Shown: positions 1 to 15,000 of the stretch, piece by piece
Numbering within the stretch: the first letter of the stretch is position 1
Layout: each line of letters begins with the position of its first letter
From: Perna viridis
Taxonomy: Eukaryota
Length of the DNA stretch: 64,000 nucleotides
Assembly (NCBI GenBank): GCA_037379345.1
Contig: CM074515.1
Span: 7,998,001 to 8,062,000 of the forward strand
Direction: 5' to 3'
Translations under genes and position numbers: made by a program
Notes under the pieces: generated by a model
Told to the model about the DNA's origin: nothing
Database searches by the model: none
What the model saw: the letters and a program-made list of their open reading frames with translations, nothing else

Positions 1-5
1 CTTAC

Positions 6-3000
6 CTCTTTTGCTGCCTTTTCTTCGTTTTCTTTTTGAATTTGTTTCTGTCTTTCCTTTTCCGCCTTTTCTTTATCATGTTTTTCTCCTAAAACCAAAA
101 TGTTTCAACTAAAGATTTTGTTTTGTTATATAATGTCCTCACTATTTTCCCTAAAAAACTGCTTTTTGGTGTCATATCATTTACGACATTTATTAAAAAT
201 ACTTTCAATAAAATTTAACTGAATATTACAAAAATGTAATATCACATTATATTTCAAAATTATGATGCAAGAAGTGCAGGTGTTGAATTTAATTGATCTC
301 ATCTAATTTTTTAAAATTTTAGAATGAATTACCGAAATAATTACAAGGAAGAAATGCAACTATTCACTTACCCTTCTTTCCTTTAGATTTGCCTGACTGT
401 GGATGGTGCTGCTGATCTTCCTCTGATTTCTCTGATGGAGTAGGTGGTCTTCTCAGTGACAAAGTTGTCCTGTCCCAGTACTCTAACATTTCATTTATGT
501 CCTTCTGTGCATGCTCAAATGTTCGGAATCTATAGAAATACAATACATATGTTAGCAAAATAATTCATCATTCTGGAGAGTAAATACTGAAAGTATTTAA
601 AAACACTACATAGACTTACATCTTGAGTTGATCTTAATGATAAAGTTCTATTCATACAACTTACAAAAAAGTAATAATGTATATTTCATAAGGAAGGTGT
701 GTTAATGTTTCATCCAGGGATCACAAAGCAGTACTTCAATGTAACAAACCTTTGCATCAGAAGAATATCAGACTCCTTCAGTGGTTCTTTAACTGGTTCC
801 TCTGTAGAGATTTCAGCCTTCTCTTTATCTCCTTTCTCTTTACCGTCCTTCTTACCATCTTTCTTTTTACCTTTCCTGTAAGTAATAACACTTACAAACA
901 ACATACTTTTATTTTACCTTTTCTGTAAGTAGTTTCACGCATATAAATTATCTTTTGTGCAAGCAATTACACAATAACACACCTACCAATTACCTTCCTG
1001 TAAGTAATTACACACCTACAAATTGCCTTTTCTGTAAATTATTACACACTTCCATATTACTTTTCCTGTAAGTAATAACAAACTTGTCTAATGTGCTCCA
1101 CAATGATTAAATTACAGCCATGCAAATATAATTCTACTTATAAAGAATTAAAATGTATTTTTTTCATCCTCTGTTCAGGTGGTGTTGTTTTTTTTCTTTA
1201 TGTATGAAAATTAGACTGCATCTGTTATGAAATAAATACTAGAGTGTAACTATACTGTTGAACAATCAATTTAACTGGACAACCAAACTTTACAGGTGTA
1301 TATATTACCACAGATATTTCACAAGCAAATATGTATCCCAGTTTCATATTCTTAAGTTGAATTAAATGCAAATTCAGAACTTTTTCAAAGTGGTTCTCAA
1401 GTAAAAAAAATCATAAAATAAAATGAAAACAGCAAAAAAGAACATAAAAACAACTGTGTACCCTATAGCAGCTCCCATTTTAGACATCACTGCCAGGTGA
1501 TTTTGTAGCTCTTTTGGGTTCATTCTAAAATCATTGATATCAAAGCTAAACATCCATACAGTTATATATTGTATTTAACTCTTATACATAACCTAAAGGT
1601 ATTTGACTATCAAAGTATGAGATGTATAATTCTGAAGGCAGACTATTGCATTAATGTCGTGAAAACCAAAAACCATGAATTTTCTGTTTGCAATTAAACA
1701 GTAGAAAATATTGAACTTTATATAAAATCCATTGATAAACCATGAATCATTATTAATCTGTTTTAATATATAATAATAATGATGATATAATGACAAGTAA
1801 TTTGTTCTGTATTCACTTGTCACTACAACACCAAAGGTAGATGTAATTAATACATTGCTGTTATGTACTTACTTTCCATCATCAACATTGGAGTCACTTT
1901 TCTCTGTCTGATGAGACTCTGGTCTCTCCATTGATGATGCCTGTTTACCTGGATGGTGGTCACCATCATGTTTGCCTTGACCTTTTCCAACTCGGTCAAT
2001 ACTGCTATTTTTACCAGCAGGACCAGTTGGTGCAGCACTCTTTTTGCCATCACCCTTTGCTTCATCTTTAGCTGGACCTCTCTTTCCTTTCCTCTTTGCT
2101 CTGAAGAAATCAATAAGAACTACATAAACATATCTAATATTTATGAAGTGTCTGTACCTCGTCTAAAGATCACAATTCAATTTTATATTTTCTTGAATTT
2201 AAATACATATGAAACAAATTATCTAACAAAGCTAAACATATTTAATACGCATAAATATAAATAGACTTGTTCCCAGAGAACTAGCATTAAGACTGAAAGT
2301 TATTATACAGTACTTAAAATAGTGAATGTAATTAATTGAACAAGACTGAAATCTATCTGAAAATTTTGCTATAATGAAAATTAAAAGATGAATAAAATCC
2401 CACTTTTCTTCTTCCTGAATTCTTCTTAATTCTTCTTCCTTTTCTTTTTCTATTCTTTCTCTTTCCATTCGTTCTTCCATTTCTCTGTAATCATAAAAGT
2501 ACATAAAATTGTTTGCTGAATAATTCTTATACTTTTTAATGAACAGAAATGTATATTTATAAAGTTTGCAAATTCAATGCCTTATCACAAAAATCTAGTT
2601 AGAAATATTTAAGAAAAAAAAAACAGATATTCATTACTTACATATTTTCAAACTTTCATTTATGTAATTATACTTACAGAATAAAATTATATGTTTATGA
2701 AGAATATTATAATATCACCAATAGATTTTATCAACAATTTCCATGGCATTACTGGTAGATTTTATCTTAAGTTCCTATTTAATTTAATGCAAACCAAACC
2801 AAAGCCATTATTAAAATTTGTGTGCAAAATTGTTCAACCTGAGTGTGATATTCCATGATACCTGAAAGTAGACTTCTTTTCACTGTACCTATAAGTGCAC
2901 TTACAATTCTGTGATCAAATGTAAAAATCACTATGAAATCCGAGACCAAAATATACAAAAAATTGAACATATATGAATCCCTCATAAAGCAAATATTACT

Positions 3001-6000
3001 TCATGAACAAAAATAAAAGGTACTGAAATGGTTCCTCCACCATACCAAATAACTAATTTAGATCTCAATGTAACTCACCTTCTGTTTAAATGAAGAAAAA
3101 TGTTAAGTGTCACAAAAATATTTTCTTTCAATAAGCACATTTGATAAAAATACAACATGTAAATGCATCAAAGGCAATTTAGTTAAAATATTAAAAGCCG
3201 TTTTTTAACATGGCATTGGCCAATGATTAAATGATCAATGGAGAAAATTTAAGAGAAACTTTTCATCCTGAGAAATGAACTATACGATAACAACAGACCC
3301 CCTACATTACGTTTACATGCTTTTAATTGACTTACTTTCTAATCCTTTCCTTCTTGATATCAAGTCTTTTCCTGTCAACTGCAGCCTTCTCCTCATCACT
3401 AAGAGCATCATATTCATCCTCTGACATTTCCTCTAACCTAATACGGTCCTGTTCTTCTGCCACCCGTATTGCTTTCTCTGAAATAATTATAAAACAAACC
3501 CTAGCATATCATTTATCAAAACAGGTACAATGTATCTATAACAAAATAATCAGCTGAACAATTTCCGTTCAAATACGGACTGTAAAAGTCATGGAAAACA
3601 AAAGATGGTGGGAAACTGATTAAAATGTAAAAAATGTTTTGTACTTAAAAGATTTTTTTTAACTTGCAAGTTCACACATGTTCCCTTTCAGTCTATTTCT
3701 TTAACACCTTCATACTACAAGTTCTACAAATAAGAAAGATCAGCAGTACCTTTCTCTTCTTGTTCCTTTTTCTCCTGTTCTTTCAATTTCAAGTAATCTA
3801 GTTTGAGTGTTATAAAGTAGATAAACCTCCTGTTGTTGAGGGACCTTAGTATGGCATGGGCTGTTGTGTATAGATTCTGAGCAAACAAAGTCTCAAGTCC
3901 ATCAAACACTACACCACGGTGACAGTCGTTGAGCTGAAGACGTTCTGAAAGTATCTCTACCAGTAGATCTTCTGGGAGGACTGTACTCATCAGGCCTTCC
4001 TCTCCTGCTACACTGGCACTGACGCTCAATCTTCTGGCTATGGGAGCAGCTAGGGGTGGGGGACTGCTTGGTACCTAAAGTGAAAAGAAAAGAATTATCA
4101 ATAATGCAATGAATATACATCAAAATATTTCCCTAAAAAAGATAAGTGTATGGACTGTATGGTATGAACAAAAAAAGCCTGAAGTATGTAAAGTATTGTA
4201 CACATACATGTACATGAAAAGAATCATAATGTACACTGACATATGATGAAAAAAAAATGTTTGAATTCTGCAGAAAAGAAACACCTACTAGACAACACAT
4301 TGAAGGCACTTTTTACTCCACAAATCAAGTGACACTTAAATCCTCTATCACTGAAAATTTGTTCAAATTGTAACACTTTATTCCCTGATGATAGTCCTTA
4401 TAACAACAGTATCACCAATTTTCCACATTTTAATGTACAGCATCTTTATTTGTGACGTGAAAAGACTGTTTTCTTATTATCTATTTTTTTTTAAAGTACT
4501 GGTAATCATCACTGTTAATATGAAGTGTATACGAGTCAAAAACAGTAAAACCAAACATTTAGAGGGCACTTGCACAAAATCTACCCCTTGTAGTCATTAC
4601 CTAACCTTTCCTCGATTCCTAGTGAATAATAATTAATGTTGGCATTTTTAAAACTTCATAAAGACAGCAGGGTATTCAATACTTTAAAAGACTTATTGAG
4701 CTTTACTTGATTTATATATATATTTAAAGATTGTTCCTTATAACTGAATAACCAGTAATGACTATGAAAAAAAAACTTAGCAAAAAGTTAATTCATAGAA
4801 GCAACTAACAGAAAATGCATTTCACACCATCTATAATAATGTAAAAATAAACAAAACAATAAAGTAAATATGAACATAGTAACCTGATAAACATTAAACA
4901 TTTTGAATGTGTTTCCATTTTAAAGTGTTTTTAATGTGTTACACGTAGTGCATATACATGTACATATAAATATATATAATACAAAGTATCATTTACAACA
5001 TTCATACAAAAATGGCTTATAAACTGAAGCTAGAAAGTGAAAAAAAGATAAAAACAAAAAGAAAAACAACAAATCTATAGAAAGAATCTCTTAATTTTCA
5101 AATCAGAACAGTGGAGATAACTTTTACAAACAAATATCTAGATAGATCTACATTTCACTCTATGTACCTCCCCTTTACTAGGCTTAGGATCTGTGGTTAT
5201 ATAAGTCCTACTTCCCATCTAATAGCAAAGTGTACAATTAATAAAAACATATAGTAGTACCAAGCATTGGTAGATTTATTCAAAAATTTCAAATATTTGT
5301 TTTCAAATTTTAAAGAAGCATCAGAAATGTACCTGTAGTTTTTTTTAGGTTTCATGATTATATGTTTTTCCCTTTTTAGCTATCTTCCACTACACCAATT
5401 ACATTTAACATTGATTTGTTTTTATGGAAAGATGCATTTCTCCTCAAAAACTTTTATAAAAAAAAACCTTACCTGACTGCCAGTGGCACCATCTATGGAG
5501 GATGTATTAACTGCAGTCTTTGCCCCTGCCAAACTTCCCTGGTGGTGTTTGTCTTTACCCTTTACGTCTGAAACGGTACTGGTTTTACGATTGGAAATCA
5601 CAGAGGTAGCCTGAGGTAGGACTCCAATGTTACTGGCTGGATATACGGAGAAAAACACATGTGTTAAAGTGAAGCAAGCATAGTATCATGTGATTGTTAG
5701 TTTGTGATGACTAAGTAATAGATCATGAAAGTCCTTTAAGCTGTAGCATATTATGATTTTCAGGCAGTGTTTAAGCAAGGTTTTTTCAGTGTAATTTCTA
5801 GTGTACCCAGTAGTAAAACTCCCCAAGGGTGGTTGAGAGACAATTAATTTCTTGGGTCCCTGATTAACTCTCAATCTCTTACTTCCACCACCCCATCCCC
5901 ACTCTCACTAGAGATCAAGAGTAAGACTTTTGTTTGTAGGAAGAATTTACCATCATTAAACAAATGTTTTAATATCAATACTGTTTCTGCTGTTGTAAAT

Positions 6001-9000
6001 ATTTGTATTGATCTATAAATATGCTATTGGATTTTGTACCACAATGTTTGAACCTTCAACCATAGGTAATGGTGTAAACTTTAATCAGGATTATTACACT
6101 TCATACAATGTTTAATATAAAAAATAAAACATGCAACACTCCAAGAGTTGTTACTATTGTTAGTGTGTTCAGTTAATCCTTTCATTAATTCAAGCCAGAA
6201 GAACAGTTATTCTGCTAGTCATGAGTAATGTTTAATTTCATGCCATGCAAAGCATTATTAGGTAACTTTCATTTTATGAATTTGCATATAACATTTGCAG
6301 TATGCATTCCAAATGGGGGCTGAAGAGTTTTAGCTTTGTTAATTCATTATTCAGGTCACAAAACTGATGCATATTAGTTATGTAAAGATACACAAATTCT
6401 TTCTAGAAATTTACATGCAATTATTTAGTGGAGTCATAAGGCTACCAATCTGCAACATAAAATTCTCACAAAAAATCATTTTAAGAAATATTCAATCACA
6501 TGCTTTCATCATCATGCAAATTTTTAAGTAAGTATTGTTAAAAATAAGTTTAAAACAACTGGAGATGAAGGTGGTAACACAAAATATATGAACTTGATTA
6601 ATAAATGAAAACTGTTTCAAATTTGAGGAAAATATCATAAAGATATGTAAAAATCGGATCTGAACGCAAACCTATTGCATATATCATTTGTATTATCTTG
6701 ATTATAATGTATTCTTGATACCTCTAGAAGGATTCCTAACTTCAATATCTACAGAAAAATTCAACAGATCTTGTAATAACATTTTGTATGCCACCTACTT
6801 GTTCCTTGAGTGTGAGCTGTTAGTTGCTCAATACTAAGTCCTCCTGGTTTCTTCTCAGCCTCCTCTCCCTCCAAAAGTTTTAACTCTTCCATCCTCTTAC
6901 GAGCAGCCTCCTGACACATGGCACGAGCCTTCATGCCAGCAGGGGTATTACCACTAGATATGGCATCAACAACAATCTGGTCTACAGTCAATATGGCTGC
7001 CTCATATTTCTTAGCCAAAGTTATGGCTGTTGCAGTTTTACCTGGTAAAATAATGACAGCATAACTTATAGCAAGTTAAAAATAGTATTGTCAGAAAAGT
7101 GTCTTCTTAGTCAACATAGCTATCAACTAATTACAAAAGCTTTAGAGCTATCTTTTTTTTTAATTTTACAAATGAATTAAAGCCTAAATCTGATATAAAA
7201 ATGACCTTCCACTATCTTTTTATTTAAAGCTTTTCATAATAATAAATAGAGCATAATTGTTTTCTATTCTAAATAGACTGTATGTATAAACAAGATGTTC
7301 TCATATTTCCATTTAAACATCCACAAACCTGATAGGGGAGCACCATGTACAATGACTGCAATGCCTCTTCTGTTTCTTGCTGCCTTGCCCTCAGGACTCA
7401 GGTCTATACCCAGATGTCTAGCTATAGCTGCTGATACTGGAGTTATTTCCAACTCACCAACACCAATACTACTGGCAGAGTCTTGTACTGAATAAAAAAG
7501 AACTACTATCAGAAGAAGTTACAAGTTACACAACCAGGAGAGCAAAGGAAAAACCACCCTTCAGTAAATTCAATTACAAGTGATCTCATATCTATTGTAG
7601 AAATTTCAATGGTATGTTCATGCAGGATTTAACATCTTTCATTATCCAAAATTTATTCTCTTTTATCATTTTCAGCAAACAACAAACTTCTAAATATAGA
7701 CTAAGTAAAACATTCTTTCTATTTGACCTATCATTTATTTTTAATTTGAAGGATACTTACAAAAGGAGAAAAACAATCTCTACTTCTCCTTACCTTCATC
7801 ACTATCCTCTTTCCTGGCCGAGTCAAGGAGATCTCCAGGTTCTGATCCAACACGAGATGTACCTGGAGCTGCCTCTGTTCTCTCATCAGAATCATCCTTA
7901 TCATCTTCACTTCCATCTCCTAGGCAACCAATGGTAAATAAAACAATTTTGATTATTCATACTAATAAGAAAATAAAACACAACAAGAAATCTGCTAGTG
8001 ATAGCTCATTAGTGATACCCACAATTTCCACCATGATATAAGGAAAATTAATATTTTTTCAGCAAAGAGGGAAAGATGTCACATGAATATTTAAACACAT
8101 TCCATGATACAATATCTCTATACGAAGCTTAGTACAATATATCAGCAACCTGTGATTAATTGTAGCTGAAAAATGTGACAAAAATTTTGAACATTATCAC
8201 TGTTAAACTTAAGTTTTTTTCAGCAAACATATTCCATGATTTAATATACACATATGAAATTTTGTATAAAATATCAACAGCCTGTGATTTACAGAAGCTG
8301 AGAATTTTGATAAAAAAAAATATTGTTATGGAATGATAGAAAAACACAATGATGGACACAGATAGAACAGTACACCTCCTTTCTAATTAGACAATGATTA
8401 TTTTGTGAGTATTTGCCAATTAATTTGCTTTTTTTGCAAAAAATACCATTTGATACAGCATTCCCAAGTCATAAATGTAAGGAATTAGTATAAAAAAGAT
8501 TACAAGTGGTATTTTATACAATGTGTACAAAATCTATAATTAGGACCTACCATCTTTACTCTCCAGCTCTCTACGTGAAGCCTCAGCAGCTTCTAAAGCT
8601 TCCTTCCTAGCTCTCTCTGTTTCCTCGAGTTTCTTCATTTGCTCTATAAAAAGAAAAAAAAAATAAGTATTGCCAGATATTAAAAAAAAAAAAAATTCGG
8701 TTCTTTCTCCAATAATCTTATAAAAATGACCTTATTTTAGAACTGAAAATCTTGATTTTATCTTTTGAGGGAACACAACCCATTTCTTGTTATGTAGTAC
8801 ATACCTTCAAAGTAATCCAATAGTTCATGAGGCAATCTATCACCAGGGTTTCTGGGAGGAAGTAAAATAGTGTTATATTCGTCATATCCTTTCATTAGTC
8901 TCAAAACCTGAAAAGGAAACAAAAAAAGGATATTAAATAGTACAAAATCATATAATTAGATTATTCAGAATGTAGATTGTACGTGATATGGTCATTACAA

Positions 9001-12000
9001 TTACCATCACTACCATAGAAACATAGATGTGAATTGTTTTGTGGAATCTTACCTCCAAAATATTGGTGAAATAGCTTTTTTTAATATCTAGCAATACTTT
9101 TTTTTCCTTTTTTCCGTTTTTTGGAATAAATGTCACTCTTCAAATGTTAACAGGAATTACCTTTTCCTCTTCCAGGTACTGAGAATCAAATTCCAAGTTA
9201 TAGAACTCAATGGGATAGGAACATGGATTCTTAATTGTTATTTCTTGTTCATCTCCAACACTGTGGGGTAGGATTGGTCCAAACTCAACCAGACTTTTCT
9301 CGAACTCCAGACGAGGCTCTAACCCTTGACCTCTACACAGCAGCAGAATCCTTTGGCTACTCTGGGCTATTCTGATTGGAATCCTTTGCTCATAAAATTT
9401 CTAAAATAAAACAATTCAATATTAGGATTATTATATACAAATCTCAAGTTCATAAATCAGAATATACTAGAAACAGTTTTAGGCAGAACAGATGTCCTAA
9501 TTGAAAGCTAATGACATTATCTAAAAATCTCTTTTTAAGAGGAAATTCTTACACCTCACTGGATGGAAGGTAATGAGGCAGTGAATTCTTCTTACCTCCT
9601 CTGTTGGCATGAATTTGACCTGTACGTTTAGTCTCTGGCCAGGCATCAGTACTCCTGTAGGTGGCATGATCTCAAAATGTCTAGCTTTCTGTTTCTCATT
9701 CCTCAGCTTCCTTCGTAGGTGCATTGGGACATGCTTATCAGCCTGCAGATTAGTATTACATTACATGTAGCATTAAACATGATCTAGATTTCAATTATTT
9801 TTATTTTTAATTCAATACAATACAAGTTGACGACATTTAAATAATTTATTTAAGCAAGACAAAATGAACATTTTAATTATTTACAACAATGGTTCAATTG
9901 CTGTTGTTCATGAAATTATAAATCCTAAAAATACAACTAAAAGTTTTCTAAAACACAGTACAAGATAAAATTATAATTTCCTATCTACCTTCCTGTCTTT
10001 TTCAGTCGGGTTAGAGTTCCATTCACATTTAACATGTTGGTTGTTGTACAGCTGTACTGTGATAACCTTACACTCTCCACAGTTGACATCAGAAAAGTCT
10101 AGAGTGTCATCAGAGATCTCCATATCAGGCATTGTCACGTTGGCTCTAAGTCTAATGGGGATGATTGGCCCATTTATTATCTACAAAAGATCACTTTTTA
10201 TAACTATGCCATATTCATGGCCATATGCAAACAAAATGGCCTTCTGGTGACTTTAAAATGATCTGTATAAATAACTTGATATCTCATTGTTGTTAAGATG
10301 TTTCATGAAGATGGCTAGTCTTCATAACATTATCCAACAACATTTACTTTTTATCTTTTGCTTAGTCATTTTGGGTGTACTTTTGTAATAAACTTTTTCC
10401 AATTGATGACTCAACATAGTGTAGAATTTTGGAATGATACAAAACTAGTTCACCCTTTACTAGAGAACAGTCATATTACCTGTTACAAAAGAACAATCAT
10501 TTGTTAAGAAAGTAGAAGAAATAAACATACATTTATATTGACTACAGTCTCTATTGCACCAAGTGAGAGATTAGCCCCTCTTGGGTCAAAGTTCACATTG
10601 AAGACAACAGTCTCATGGTCTGGAGCCCCTGGTAGGTTCTTCACTTTATCCAACTCCACATGGAATCCATAATGGTGTATATCATCATGTTCCACTTGGA
10701 AGGATACAGGGGCCCATCCTGTGTTAGAAGCCTTCACAATATGGTCCTTGACAGTTCCTAAGACCACATATCCAAAGTCAAGTAAATACTCAGGTAATCT
10801 TGGTCTAAAATGGAATAAAAATGTCAAACTGACTTGAAACTAGGAAACCGTTACATTATTTTTACAATATGCAGTACATGAAATAGTGTTGTCATTAAAA
10901 CATCAACTTTATAAAACAAATTTCTTCCACATTATATATATATATATATACTGATGGACATGGATTTAACTTTTGAAAGACACATACTTATGTTTCCTTT
11001 TCTTTGGTTTATGTTCTATTTCTCTGCTTTCATTGCTGTTTACAGGAGTGGGCTCACAAATATCAGGTCTAGAGGCATGCTGAGATAACTCTTGAGAAAA
11101 CTCTTTCACTGTGAGGTTCTCAACCTCCATTTGAATCTCTAGTTCATGAGGTTGGGTAACTATGTCAGCCTATAAATAATATAAATCATTTACCATATTG
11201 TCAGCACTACATGGTGTGTGTAAACAATTTAAACTTAATGACTTAAAGATTAATTTAAAAAAATGTTTGAAGTAACAAAACTGATTTATTTTAAAATGAT
11301 CTTTCAAAAAATTCTAATGATTTAAAATTATAAAATATGGTTGATAACTTTAATTTTCCTGTTATAAAAATCCTTTTCAATTGTTGTGCCATCAGTTAAA
11401 AGGGGAGACAACTATACCTGAGCAATCATCTCTGGTTGTAGTCTGTTAGATGATGGCAGTACTGGTGTATGTGCTCTCTCTGTCTGTTTGATTTTACCAC
11501 TCTTGGTTAGGTTATCTTTAGCATGTTGAACCATCTGTTCATACTGTCCTTCAGAATCAACAGTTCTTGGAAGATCCAGAGAAATCCTTGGAAATACACC
11601 AGTTCCTTTAATAGTGATTACATCTGGTTCAAAGTGAGCAACTTGAATAACAAAGCTCTTGGTAAAGTCCTCAGGGGCACCTGGTAAATACTTTACAACT
11701 AGTGTCTGCTCACTCAATGGTTCTATGTAACCCTGAAAAATAAATTTGAAAGTATATTATATCTAAAAAAATTCAAACTTTAATGTAACTAGTTAAACAA
11801 AGATCATGTTTTCAGATGCTATCATAATTAAAAGATGACATTCTATCAACCATTAACTTAAACACTATCACATACAAATTTGTTGCTGTTGCAAACTTGT
11901 AATTATGGAAAGAAAACAAACAATTTACGAAATCAATATAAGTAATTTTAGGTGAAGTAATTAGTATAAATTGGTGAATATTTTATAAGTGATACATTAA

Positions 12001-15000
12001 ACTTACTGTATGTGGGACCATGATTGGAGAGCCAGGTTTGGGTTTCTTAGCAAGAGCAGGATCCATTCCAATACCACAGAAATTAAAGCCAACTTTCCCT
12101 GTATTGATCAGCTTGATCTCAGCTGAGGCCACATGGTCATACATCTGTTTTCCAAACTCTATTTCTTTACAGTCAAACTTGTAATCAACAAGTGAGGCTT
12201 CTCCTTTCAGCATAATTTCATAAGTAGGACCACCTACTACCTCACAAATGGCCTTGACTTGACCCCAAATATTTGCATGTCCATAAAAGGTCATTGTAAC
12301 TTGTTCAGTGTCACCTGGTTGTAGGTATCCATATAATGGCAAGATGTCAAATACCTAAAACAGAATGGTAACAAGGTAAAAGTTTGTGTTCAGATGATTG
12401 AAAAGTTCAATTACTCAACATTTTTAAAAATAGATACACTTGCAAAGTAATTAAAAGCTATATCTATTTAAAGTAAATTTCAGCATTTGAAAACATATCC
12501 CTTAATTTGTATCCTCAATATGAATGTAAAAACATATATTACAAGGAAAACTGAAATCACTAGTCTGTTGTATATAACAGTTTATGTAAAAGAAAATATT
12601 TTATATATCATAGTGTATTACCTCTTCTATACCAACATGATCAGCTGAATCAGTTTCTTCTAAAAGTTGACTGAGTGCTCTATTTGTTTTTAATGGATCC
12701 TCTTCATAAACAATGTCTCTAAGTGAAGCTAAGCTAAGCATGGTTTCTTCTGTCTTATCTTTATCAACTCCACCTTCAGGCGCCTCCTGTGATTCTAACT
12801 GTCCCTTCTCAAGTTGATCCTCATCTTCCCGAGGACTACTACCATGCTGGCTACCCCTGGGACTATCAGGAGAAAGCCTGTTGTCACTAATGTCTTCCTG
12901 GGCCTCTGGTTCCTTCACAATTTCCTCCTCAGCTTGTTGGGCTGAGTCCTCTTCAACAGTCTCCTTTGGAGCCTCATCTTCCTGTTAATATATAATCATA
13001 TAATTCAAAATTGACAAAAAAGTCTAATTCATTGCAATAAGTTTTTTTCTTCAAAACTGTGACTTCTCTTATAAAAGTTCTTTCCACGTGGTTAATGAAA
13101 AAATAATTTTTTTTTTTCTGTTGAAATATTAATGTTTAAGTCTTTTTAAAAAAAAATGTTGTTTTACATAATCTATTATCAAACAGTATGACTGTACCTT
13201 AGTAGATTCCAGTTCTGCCTTTTCCTCAGCCTCTATTTTATCTTCAGTTGCCTGAGAAACAACAACTTCAACCTTTGTACCTTGCTCCTCTTCCTCTTGT
13301 ATTTCCTCAAGGTTGACAATAGGTTTAGGTGGAGCTCTGAATTCTGTACATGGTTGGTCACCAATCAGGAAGGACCACTTGTAATGGACCTCCATTGGAC
13401 TATTGTTGGTAATGTTAATGTACCTTGTAACCTCTGTATCATTAAGTATGCACCCAAAGTCAACAACTGACTTCTCAAAGTCCAGGTTTGGAAAGTAAAC
13501 TTCACCTCTCAAAGCAATGTAATCCTGAAACATCATTAAACACAAGTTAAGATTGGATATTTTCATTAAAGATATTTTAGGTATATGATAACATAAGAAA
13601 AATCTTTAACTAACAAAAGATCATTCCATAGTAATTATGTGATATCTTACTAAATTTTTATATGTTTGTTGAAGAGTTTAGTCATAATTCCTTTAATAAG
13701 ACCAAACACAAAATATTTCCTAGCGTTTCGTTGATCAAGACAATAAACATACCACATGAGGATGTTCTTTGTAGGTGATGTGTAAGACTTCGTCAATTGT
13801 CCTGATATGTAAATCCTCTTTATAGGCAGGATCAAATTGGATTCTTAACATGTATTCCTTTCCTACATCAAGGTGTACTTCCTACAAACAATATCATAAA
13901 GTCATTCTAAACTTTAAAGAATTCATTTATATTTAAGAGGTCATCGAACAAAGCTGAAACTGGCAAAATGTGACCTATACATATATGGTAAAAAATATTT
14001 GTAATGGTAAAATGGATAAAAAAAATAGACAAAGGTCTGACCTGATGTACCAAAATCTATAAATGATTAGATAGTAAAGGCAAGAAATTCCCTAAAAAGA
14101 TGCTTAAATCTTACCCCTTTGGAAATCAGTGGTTTCAAATTAAAGTGTACAAATGATAATACTATTAAACCTACCATTTCTGAAGTTTCAGAACCATCAT
14201 CTTTGATGATCTGGAAGGGATATTTAAGTTGTAATCCTGTAGTCAGTGGTAATGTAGAGACATTCATTATCTTTAAATCTCTGGTCTGAAGAGACAACTC
14301 ATCATCTGGTTTCTAAAATACATCAAAAGTTGGTATTGAAAATTAGCCCTACAACTTAAAAATAAAGTAACACAAAACAAAACAACTGACAGTCTTGCAA
14401 ACAAGTGTAAATAAACATTATTAGACCATGAATGCATTGGTCAGTAAATCATTTAGTAATTTAACATACAACCTATCTCTTACTATGATGTAAATTTAAA
14501 ATACCTATCACGAAAGCTTACCTTATCAACTCTAAAGTAGACAGACTTTGTAGAGAATTCCAACAATGGACTAATGAAATCAGCTGATAGATCAACTCTC
14601 ATGATAAGTTCTTTCCCTCCTTGTCGACCAATAATGGCATGACACAACAACTTCTCACGAACAAACTGGGGACTGTCTACAATACCTTCAATATTCATTT
14701 CCATTGAAGTGCCAGGTGGTAGATCAAATCGGTTTGGATTCAGTTTAAATATTGGTCTAGGAGGCTCTGTTGGGGGTGGCACATTCTGAAAAATTATACA
14801 GGTTATTTAATATTACATTTATGTATTATGCTATTTCATCAAATGATGATGAAGATTAATTTGATGGAATTCAACCATCTTTGAATATATACCTTATGTC
14901 AACAGAAATACTGATACATGTAGCAGCTTTTAAAGACCATCAAACATTAAATGGTTTTGTTGTTTAGCTTGCTTGTGTTTATTATGTCAAGTAACATAAT

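Noticed and set aside
5807-5907. G-rich AG..GT-bounded segments (25 nt and 53 nt) in a HYDIN intron that sum to 78 nt
   Set aside because: The spacer between them is only 23 nt, too short for an intron, and neither segment keeps frame alone
8020-8320. Degenerate ~130-bp direct repeat in a HYDIN intron
   Set aside because: Old local duplication with no coding or structural signal
8376-8382. tag|AAAGGAG|gtgtac possible microexon
   Set aside because: 7 nt (frameshift), weak tract and donor
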